Assembly: GCA_963838985.1 (NCBI GenBank)
Contig: CAWITF010000004.1
Span: 76,280-140,279, forward strand
Direction: 5' to 3'
From: an uncultured Actinomycetes bacterium
Lineage (GTDB): Bacteria; Actinomycetota; Thermoleophilia; Gaiellales; Gaiellaceae
DNA length: 64,000 nucleotides
The translations under genes were made by a program, and so were the position numbers. Shown here in pieces: positions 1 to 7,537 of the stretch; within the stretch, counting starts at the first letter, position 1; the number at the start of each line of letters is the position of its first letter. The notes under the pieces are model-generated. The model saw nothing but the letters and a program-made list of their open reading frames with translations. It was not told the DNA's origin and did no database searches.

Positions 1-205
1 GCGGCCGCGAGACTGCGTCCGCGAGGGCGCCGATGTACAGCGCGGTGCGCGACGAGCTTCTCGTTGCCGAAGAGCTTCGCCGCAAAGCCGAGCGTCGACG
101 ACGCGCCCGCCGAGACCGCCGGTGAAGAAGTACGACGGGGATCTCCCACGTCCACGTCGGCTCCTTGATCACCGGCCGGCCGTAGTACGAGCGCGTCTCG
201 CTCAT
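1..205 (-). pseudogene. NrfD/PsrC-type integral membrane anchor subunit downstream of the FDH genes. Only the N-terminal part is present because the gene runs off the window. The reading frame changes at least twice as given.
   Basis: Own minus-strand translation from ATG 205..203 gives MSETRSYYGRPVIKEPTWTWEIP. It continues in other frames as YFFTGGLGGASSTLGFAAKLFGNEKL and RTALYIGALADAVSRP. Too short to appear in the ORF track. Confidence 0.5.
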
Positions 206-299
206 CGTCTGCCGCCGAGGAAGGCGCCGACGACGCCGAAGAGCAATACGGTCGCGGCAGTCGCCATGTTCGTCCACATCGCTGGGAGGAACTGCGTCG

Positions 300-1087
300 T
301 CACGACTGCGGGTCGGGCGGAAGGCCGTAGACCTCGGGGTCGTCGAGCAGCAGGAAGAACGCGCCGCAGCCGCCGACGCCGTCGTCGGGGTCGCGGCGGT
401 AGAGCTGTGCGCCGTTCCAGCTCTCGGCCTGCAGCTTCGCGAGCCGCGCGTCGGCACGCTCGCGGAGCTCGTCGAGCGGGCCGAACTGGATCGACTTCGT
501 CGGGCACGCCTTCGCGCACGCCGGCTCGTGGCCGCCCTTCAGGCGGTCGTAGCAGAGCGTGCACTTCCAGACGCGGCCGTCCTCCTTCTTGCCGAGCGAC
601 GCGGGCAGGTCGGGCTTGAAGCCGACGTTGGCGTCGGAGGCGATGTGCCGCTTGTCGAGCACGCCGAACGGGCACGCGGGCACGCAGTAGCCGCAGCCGT
701 TGCAGATGTCCTCCTGCACGACGACCGTCCCGAACTCGGTGCGGAAGAGCGAGCCGGTCGGGCACACGTCGAGGCACGCAGCGTGCGTGCAGTGCTTGCA
801 CACGTCCGACTCCATCAGCCAGCGCAAACCAGTCGTTCCGTCGCCGTTCGTGTGTAGGGGCTTCTCCTGCTCGATGAAGGCGACGTGGCGCCACTGTTCG
901 CGTCGAGGTGCCCGGTGTTGTCGTACGAGTGGCCGGTCCAGTCGAGCCCGTCCTCCGGGATGAGGTTCCACTCCTTGCACGCGACCTCGCAGGCCTTGCA
1001 GCCGATGCAGACCGACGTGTCGGTGAAGAAGCCGACGCGCTCCTGCTTTTGCTCCTCGTAGGCTTCCCAACCTGCGGGCGCGCTCAT
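300..1087 (-). pseudogene. Formate dehydrogenase iron-sulfur (beta, FdnH-like) subunit with multiple 4Fe-4S motifs; one frame break near 897
   Basis: ORF 815..1162, from the Met at 1087 (MSAPAGWEAYEEQKQERVGFFTDTSVCIGCKACEVACKEWN), continues in ORF 300..1070 (DVCKHCTHAACLDVCP, CNGCGYCVPACP, CTLCYDR, ACAKACP). The ATG overlaps the alpha-subunit stop (ATGA). Confidence 0.85.
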
Positions 1088-4000
1088 GTCTGCTCCCGCA
1101 GGTCGTCGACGAACTCGGTGAGCGCCTTCCCGCGCGGTCGGCGACCCGGCCGGATCCCGCACGTCGCGGCCTTCACCTCCTGGATGTGCACGTTCGGGTC
1201 GAGCGCCATGTGCATCAGGTCGTTCGCGCTGTCACCCGCACTCAGCAGCCGCTGGCCCCAGTGGTAGGGCAGGCCGACCTGATGCGTCGTTCGCCCGTAC
1301 ACCGTCAACGGCGGGATGCGGTTCGTGACCATCACGCGCGCCTCGATCGCCGAGCGCGTGGTGTAGATCGTCGCCCAGCCGCCGTGCTCGAGCCCGGCCT
1401 CCGCCGCGAGCTCCGGCGAGCACTTCGCAGAACATCGCCGGCTGCAGCTCCGAGAGGTACGGAACCGAGCGCGACATGCCGCCTGCGGTGTGGTGCTCGG
1501 TCAACCGGTAGGTGGTGACGACGTACGGGAAGAGCTCGCTCGCGACCGGGTTGTACGGGTCCTCTTCGAGCTCCGGGTTCTGCTGGCGCGCCGGGTTCGC
1601 GCGCTGCGAGTAGAGCGCGTTCTCGAACGGCGACTCGTGCGGCTCGTAGTGCGCGGGTAAGCGGGCCGTCCTCGAGCCCTTGCGGGACGTAGAGCCACGA
1701 GCGGCCGTCGGCCTGCATGACGAACGGGTGGTCGCCGGCGATCGCGTCCTCCGCCTCGGCGCCGTCGGGCGGCCTGTAGTCGGGGGCCTTCGTCTCCTCG
1801 AAGTCCGGCGTGTCGAGGCCCGTCCACTTCTCGCCGTTCCACCAGACGTACTTCTTGCGCTCCGACCACGGGTCTCCGTCGGGGTCGGCGGATGCCCGGT
1901 TGTAGAGGATGCGCCGGTTGTTCGGCCAGGCCCACGCCCACTCCTGCGCGACGTAGCTCTGCTCCCAGTGCGGCTTCTTGCGGGCAGCCTGGTTGACGCC
2001 GTCCTTGTAGACGCCGCAGTAGATCCAGCAGCCGCAGGCGGTCGTGCCGTCGTCCTTCAACTTCGGATACGCGTCGAGCGGCTCGCCGCTCTCGATCGTG
2101 ACCCCGCCGATCTCCTTCAGAACCTGTTCGGCGCTCGGCTCCTGGAGCGCCGAGTGCGTCTGGTAATCCCACTTCAGCCACTTGACGAGGTCGTCGCGTG
2201 GCTCCTTCGAGTCCTTGAGGAGCGACTTGATGCGCCGGCCGAGGTGGAAGTAGAACCAGAGCTCGGAACGGCAGTCCTCCTTCGGCTCGACTGCCTGCCA
2301 GTGCCATTGCAGAAGACGCTGCGTGTTCGTGAACGAGCCGTCCTTCTCCGTGTGCGCGGCCGCCGGCATGAAGAAGACCTCCGTCGGGATCTCCTTCGTC
2401 ACGAGCTCGCCCGTCTCGATCTCCGGGCTGTCGTACCAGAACGACGCCGACTCGATCTCCACGAGGTCGCGCACGACGAGCCACTCGAGCTTCGCGAGCC
2501 CGAGGCGGTGCGCCTTCCCGTTCGCGTTGCCGACCGCCGGGTTCTCGCCGGCGATCAGGTAGCCCTTCACCTTGCCCTCGAGCATCTGCTGCAGCGTCCA
2601 GTAGACGGAGTTGTCCTCGTCGATGCGCGGCAGCCGGTCGAAGAGCCAGTCGTTGTCGTCGGTGGCGTGCTCGCCGAAGTACGACTTCATCAGGCTGACC
2701 CAGTACGCCGTGAAGTGGCCCCACCAGCCGCTCGGCGCGATGTTCGCCTTCGCGTAGTTGTCGAAGCCGCCGTAGTCCTCGGCCCTCGGCATCGGCAGGT
2801 AGCCGGGCAGCGTGTCGTACAGCGTCGGGATGTCGGTCGAGCCCTGGATCGACGCGTGACCGCGGAGCGCGACGATCCCGCCGCCCGGTCGGCCCATGTT
2901 GCCGAGCAGCTGCTGGATGATCGCGGCGCCGCGGATGTACTGCACGCCGACGGTGTGCTGCGTCCAGCCGACCGAATAGACGAACGCGCTCGTGCGCTCG
3001 CGGCCGGAGTTCTGCACGAGCGACTCGCAGACGTAGAGGAAGTCGTCGACCGAGACGCCGCACGTCTCGGCGACGAGCTCGGGCGTGTAGCGCTGATAGT
3101 GCTTCTTCAGCAGCTGGAAGACGCAGCGGGGATGCGTCAGCGCCGGGTCTTCCGACGGCGGCTCGCCGTGGCTCAGGCCGCCGCCGTGCCCGCCGTGCCC
3201 GGCCTCGTGGCCCTTCGTCTCGCGGTTCCCGGCGGCGCCGTGCGTCTCCATCCCCTCGTACGACCAGCTGTCCTTCTCGTACTTCGACTGCTCGGGATCC
3301 CAGCCGGAGAAGAAACCGTCGAGATCCTCGGTGTCGGCGAACGACTCGTCGATGATCACGGGCGCGTTCGTGTAGTGCTTGACGTACTCCTCGAACCAGA
3401 GGTCGTTCTGCAGGATGTAGTTCGCGATCCCGCCGAGGAACGCGATGTCGCTCCCGGCGCGGATGCCGACCCACTTCGACGCCATTGCCGACGTGCGCGT
3501 GAACCGCGGATCGATGTGGATGACCTTCGCACCCCGCTCGCGCGCTTCCATCACCCACTGGAAGCCGACCGGGTGGTTCTCCGCCATGTTCGAGCCCATG
3601 ATCACGATGCAGTCGGAGTTCTGCAGGTCCTGCTGGAAGTCCGTTGCACCGCCTCGCCCGAACGAGGTTCCCAGACTGGGAACCGTGGAGCTGTGTCATA
3701 TGCGCGCTTGGTTCTCGACCTGGACGATGCCGAGCGCAGTCAGCAGCTTCTTGATCAGGTAGTTCTCTTCGTTGTCGAGCGTCGCGCCGCCGAGATTGCC
3801 GATCGCCATCGTGCGGTTCGCCGGCGCGCCGTCGTCCGTCTCCGCCTGCCAGTTCGCCGCGCGCGTCTCGACGATGCGCTGCGCGATCATGTCCATCGCG
3901 GTCTCGAGCTCGAGCTCCTCCCACGCGTTTCCGTAAGGGCGCCGGTACTTGACCTTGTACTCGCGCAGCGGGCTCTGCACGAAGCTCTTCGACGCACTGC

Positions 4001-4265
4001 CCTTCGGGCAGAGACGGCCGCGCGAGATCGGGCTCGCCGGGTCGCCTTCGATCTGCGTCACCTCGCCGCCTTTGACGTAGACGAGCTGGCCGCAGCCGAC
4101 GGCGCAGTACGGGCAGACCGACTGGACGACGTGCTCGGCGTCGTCGATGCGCGGCTTCAGCGCTTTCGTGCGCGGCGACTGCACCGCCGGCCCGAGCCCG
4201 AGCGGATCGCCCTGGCGGAGTTGCCGCAGGACGGGCCACGAGGCGACCAGCTTGCCGATCTGCAT
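1084..4265 (-). pseudogene. fdnG: Formate dehydrogenase catalytic alpha subunit (molybdopterin enzyme). It contains selenocysteine, encoded by the in-frame TGA at 3696..3698. Two further frame breaks lie near 1658 and 1420.
   Basis: ORF 3696..4475, from MQIGKLVASW at 4265, carries the CPYCAVGCG FeS motif and ends ...VENQARI at a TGA. ORF 1332..3605 is in the same frame and continues HSSTVPSLGTSFGRGGAT...IMGSNMAENHPVGF, the classic FdnG Sec context. The C-terminus is split over ORFs 1232..1504 (LTEHHTAGGMSRSVPYLSELQP) and 1084..1335 (VTNRIPPLTVYGRTTHQVGLPYHWG). Confidence 0.9.
3666..3684 (-). promoter_or_regulatory. Candidate bacterial SECIS stem-loop directly 3' of the fdnG UGA
   Basis: mRNA reads UGA CAC AGC UCC AC GGUUCCCA GUC UGGGAACC. 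This is an 8-bp perfect stem starting 12 nt after the UGA, with G and U at +23/+24 in the apical loop. Confidence 0.7.
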
Positions 4266-4299
4266 GCGCAAGAGGTGGTGCCGCGTGACACACTCCGCT

Positions 4300-4324
4300 A
4301 AACAAATCGTACTACGATATGTTT
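4300..4324. promoter_or_regulatory. 25-nt near-perfect palindrome (AAACAAATCGTA C TACGATATGTTT) in the divergent fdnG / channel-gene promoter region; operator candidate
   Basis: 12-nt arms with one mismatched pair. It is the only A/T-rich stretch in this intergenic region. Coordinates are anchored on the TAA at 4299..4301 and the ATG at 4319 from the ORF track. Confidence 0.55.
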
Positions 4325-4354
4325 CGTACGCCTCGATCGGGGAAATTTCCCTGT

Positions 4355-5116
4355 ATGAGCACAATCGACGAACGGCACGCGCGCGCGTCCGCGGGAGTCG
4401 CGCTCGCAGCCGACACGGATGGGTGGTACGGCGATTTCGCCCGCCCGCGCGTCTACCTGCAGCCGATCGCGGCACCGTCGGTGCTCGGTCTCTTCGGGTT
4501 TGCGGGCGCGACGTTCATCGTCGCCGCCAACATGGCCGGCTGGTACGGCTCTGCCTCCACGCCCGGCTATCTGTTCCCGTTTGCCGCCTTCTTCGGCGGT
4601 CTCGCGCAGTTCCTCGCCGGCATGTGGGCGTATCGCGCTCGCGACGCGGTCGCGACCGCGATGCACGGCATGTGGGGCTCGTTCTGGATGGCGTACGGGT
4701 TGCTACAGCTCCTGCTCGCGACCGGCGTCCTGCATGCGGGCGGCACGCTCGACCATGCGCTCGGCTTCTGGTTCATCGCGCTCTGCGCGATCACCTTCTC
4801 CGGGATGCTCGGCGCGCTTTCCGAAGGCAACCTCGGCGTCACGGCCGTGCTCGGCACGCTTGCGGCCGGCTCGGGTGTCGCAGCGGTTGCGTTCCTGAAC
4901 GGCGGCACCACGATCATGCACACCGCCGGTTGGGTGTTCGTGATCGCGGCGATCCTCGCCTGGTACGTCGCGACCGGGATGATGCTGAAGGCCGCAGCCG
5001 GCAAGATCGTGCTGCCGCTCTTCAAGACCGACATGGAGGCCAACAAGCCGGGCGGCACGCCGACGCGCGCCGTCGAGCTCGCGTGGGGCGAGCCCGGCAT
5101 CAAGAAAGGCCAATAG
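4355..5116 (+). CDS. GPR1/FUN34/YaaH (SatP-type) family membrane channel for small carboxylates such as acetate, succinate or formate
   Basis: ORF 4319..5116. Six hydrophobic helices and the family signature region PIAAPSVLGLFGFAGATF (NPAPLGL-like). The start is taken at the internal MSTIDERH; 4319 is also possible. Confidence 0.7.
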   Translation: MSTIDERHARASAGVALAADTDGWYGDFARPRVYLQPIAAPSVLGLFGFAGATFIVAANMAGWYGSASTPGYLFPFAAFFGGLAQFLAGMWAYRARDAVATAMHGMWGSFWMAYGLLQLLLATGVLHAGGTLDHALGFWFIALCAITFSGMLGALSEGNLGVTAVLGTLAAGSGVAAVAFLNGGTTIMHTAGWVFVIAAILAWYVATGMMLKAAAGKIVLPLFKTDMEANKPGGTPTRAVELAWGEPGIKKGQ

Positions 5117-5120
5117 TCGC

Positions 5121-5166
5121 GCGGCGCGTCGTTTTCTCCGCCTGACGGCGGAAATACGACGCGCCG
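5121..5166 (+). terminator. Long imperfect hairpin between the channel gene and mrpE; terminator or attenuator candidate
   Basis: GCGGCGCGTCGTTTTCTCCGCC TGAC GGCGGAAATACGACGCGCCG, about 20 paired positions. It ends at the GTG of the next gene. Confidence 0.5.
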
Positions 5167-5621
5167 TGAGACACCTGCGGGCGTGGCTCCTCTCGGCATT
5201 CGCGCTCTGGTGGCTGTGGATGCTGCTCGTCGGCGAGTGGAACCACTACGAGTGGATCGCCGCGACCGGCGCTGCTGCGACTGCCGCGTCGATCGGTGAG
5301 CTCGCACGCGTCCGTGCGGACGTTCGGGCGGCGATCCCGAAGCGGTGGCTCGTGCGCGGCTGGTCCGGGCTCCTTGTCGTCTTCAGCGACTTCGCGATCG
5401 TCATGCGTGCGCTCGTGCTGAGCGCGCTGCGGCGTGAAGTCGTGCGCGGATCGTTCCGCTCGCACGAGGACGAGGACATCGGCTCGCCCGGCGTGCGCGT
5501 GTGGCGGAACCTGCTCGCGAACTACAGCCCGAACGCCTACGTGGTCGACCTCGAGCCCGAGCGCGGGCTCGTCCTCCTGCACGATCTCGTCCCGCGACGC
5601 AAGTCCGAAGAGCCGGCGTGA
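5166..5621 (+). CDS. mnhE: Mrp/Mnh cation:proton antiporter subunit E
   Basis: ORF 5166..5621. N-terminal membrane helices, the tail ...NYSPNAYVVDLEPERGLVLLHDL, and its position at the head of the F-G-B-C-D genes. Confidence 0.7.
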   Translation: MRHLRAWLLSAFALWWLWMLLVGEWNHYEWIAATGAAATAASIGELARVRADVRAAIPKRWLVRGWSGLLVVFSDFAIVMRALVLSALRREVVRGSFRSHEDEDIGSPGVRVWRNLLANYSPNAYVVDLEPERGLVLLHDLVPRRKSEEPA

Positions 5622-5869
5622 ACGCGTTCACGATCGCCGCGACCACGCTCCTCCTCGGCTTTCTGCCGCTCGCCGTCGTCGCGCTCCGCTCACGCCCGAT
5701 CGACGGGGTCGTGGCGTTGCAGCTCGGCGGCACGGTCGGGGTGCTCGTCCTGCTCTGCCTCGCGGAGGGCCTGCACCGCTCGTTCATGTACGGCCTGCCG
5801 ATCGTCGCCGCGGTGATGTCGTGGATCGGCGGCCTCGTATTCGTGCGCTTCCTCGGCCGCTGGCTCTGA
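5618..5869 (+). CDS. mnhF: Mrp/Mnh antiporter subunit F
   Basis: In-frame GTG at 5618 in ORF 5501..5869 (VNAFTIAATTLLLGFLPLAVVALRSRPIDGVVALQLGG...). About 83 aa with three TM helices. GTGA overlap with mnhE. Confidence 0.7.
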   Translation: MNAFTIAATTLLLGFLPLAVVALRSRPIDGVVALQLGGTVGVLVLLCLAEGLHRSFMYGLPIVAAVMSWIGGLVFVRFLGRWL

Positions 5870-6192
5870 TGGCGAACGTCGCAGTCGACATCCTGCTCGT
5901 CGCCGGTGTCGCGCTCGAGCTCCTTTGTTGCATCGGGATGCTCGTGATGCGAACGACGTTCGATCGGCTCCACTACGCGTCGGCCGGCATCACCGTGCCC
6001 GCTTTTCTGATCCTGGCGGCGGTGCTCGTGCGCGAGCACGTCTCGGCCGGCGGGCTCGAGGCGATCGCGGCGGTGGCGCTCCTCTTTGTCCTCTATCCCG
6101 TGCTGCTGACCGCGACCGCGCGCGCGGCTCGCCGCATCGACTACGGCGCCGTCTCGTCGCTGCCCGAGGAGAAGGGGCCGCCGGGCGCATGA
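5869..6192 (+). CDS. mnhG: Mrp/Mnh antiporter subunit G
   Basis: ATG at 5869 in ORF 5434..6192 (MANVAVDILLVAGVALELLCCIGMLVMRTTFDRLHYASAGITV...). TGATG overlap with the F gene. Confidence 0.75.
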   Translation: MANVAVDILLVAGVALELLCCIGMLVMRTTFDRLHYASAGITVPAFLILAAVLVREHVSAGGLEAIAAVALLFVLYPVLLTATARAARRIDYGAVSSLPEEKGPPGA

Positions 6193-6458
6193 CGCTCGCC
6201 ACGCTCGTTCCTCTTCAGTCGACGATCCTCGCGCTCGTCGCACTCGGGGCGCCGGCGGTCGTCCTCTCGCGCGACCCCTTGAAGATGATCATCGTCCAGA
6301 GCTTCTACGGCTGGACGCTCGTCATCCTCTTCGTCGTCTTCGGTGCGCCGGACGTCGCGCTCTCGATGCTCGTCGTCGGCACCGTCGGCTATCCGCTCGT
6401 CGTGCTCGTCGCCGTTGCGCGCCTGCGTGCCGGCAGGCCCAAGGACGGGACCGAGTGA
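6189..6458 (+). CDS. Small membrane protein resembling the DUF4040 / MrpA C-terminal segment (MbhD-like)
   Basis: ATG at 6189 in ORF 5925..6458 (MTLATLVPLQSTILALVALGAPAVVLSRDPLKMIIVQSFYGWTLVILFVVFGAPDVALSMLVVG). ATGA overlap with mnhG. Confidence 0.6.
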   Translation: MTLATLVPLQSTILALVALGAPAVVLSRDPLKMIIVQSFYGWTLVILFVVFGAPDVALSMLVVGTVGYPLVVLVAVARLRAGRPKDGTE

Positions 6459-7196
6459 GTCGCCGCACACGCACGGTGATCCTGCTGCCGGCTCTCGGTG
6501 TCTTTGGAGTGCTGCTCGTCTGGGGCCTCGCAGGATTGCCGGACTTCGGCAACTACGTCGGCCCCTACGGCTACCTCCTGAACCACGTTGCGCTACCGGA
6601 GCGGCACATGACGAACGTCGTGACCGCCGTCGTCTTCGACTACCGCGGGTTCGACACGATGGGCGAGGAGTTCATCCTCTTCGCGTCGGTCATGGGCGTC
6701 GTGCTGCTGCTGCGGTCGCAGGACGAGCGTGACAAGGGGGAGAGTCCACGAAGAGGTAGGCAGCGATCTGGTGCGGGTCGTCGGCACGCTGATGGTCGCC
6801 GGTGCGATCCTCGTCGGCCTCTGGCTGATCGCCTTCGGCTTCGTCACCCCGGGTGGCGGCTTCCAGGGCGGCGTGATCGTCGCAGGTGGCGCGCTCCTGC
6901 TGTTTCTCTGTTCGAGCTACCGAGCCTGGGAAGGGATCGGGAACAAGGCTGTGCTCGACCCGCTCGAGAGCGTCGGCGTCGGCGCATACGTGATCGTCGG
7001 TCTTGCGGCCCTCGTATCGGGTGCACCGTTTTTGACGAACGAGCTCGGGCCGGGAGTGCCCGGGACGCTCTGGTCCGGCGGCAGCGCGGCGCTCGTCAAC
7101 TGGGCGACGGGCCTCGAGGTCGCGGCCGCTCTGCTCGTGCTCTTCTCGGAGTTCCTCGAGGAGTACGTCGTTCCCCTCGCACGGGAGCAGGCATGA
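6455..7196 (+). pseudogene. mnhB: Mrp/Mnh antiporter subunit B; one frame break near 6743
   Basis: ORF 6455..7537 is credible through ...VVFDYRGFDTMGEEFILFASVMGVVLLLRSQDERDKGE. The protein then continues in ORF 6729..7196 (...GFVTPGGGFQGGVIVAGGALLLF...). Confidence 0.75.
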
Positions 7197-7537
7197 GCTT
7201 TCTGCCGTACGCCGTGGCCGCCTGGATCTGCTGCATCGGGCTCTACGGGATCGTCACGAGTCGCAACCTGATCCACCTCGCGCTCTGCCTGACAGTGACG
7301 CAGTCGTCGACGTACGTGCTCCTGCTCGCGATCGGTTACGTGAACGGTGGCGGGCCGCCGATCTTCAAGGGCGTCAAGCTGGGGACGACGGCGGTCGACC
7401 CCGTCGTGCAGTCGCTCGTGCTGACGGACGTCGTCGTCAGCGTGACCGTGATCGCGCTGATCCTCGCGCTCGCCTTGCAGGTGCACAAGCACGCCGGCAC
7501 TGTCGACCCGGATGCGATCGCCGAGATGTCAGGATGA
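7193..7537 (+). CDS. mnhC: Mrp/Mnh antiporter subunit C (NuoK-like)
   Basis: ATG at 7193 in the tail of ORF 6455..7537 (MSFLPYAVAAWICCIGLYGIVTSRNLIHLALCLTVTQSSTYVLLLAIGY...). ATGA overlap with the B gene. Confidence 0.8.
   Translation: MSFLPYAVAAWICCIGLYGIVTSRNLIHLALCLTVTQSSTYVLLLAIGYVNGGGPPIFKGVKLGTTAVDPVVQSLVLTDVVVSVTVIALILALALQVHKHAGTVDPDAIAEMSG

Noticed and set aside
1501-4305. Very long ORFs overlapping real genes on the same or the opposite strand. Examples are 1501..4305 (-), 1680..4301 (+), 15045..17636 (+), 19193..21886 (-), 26166..28142 (upstream part) and 61696..63975 (-).
   Set aside because: Their translations are Arg/Ala/Gly/Pro-rich low-complexity strings with no motifs. This is typical of stop-codon-poor alternative frames in very GC-rich DNA. 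In each case another frame carries a clearly recognisable protein.
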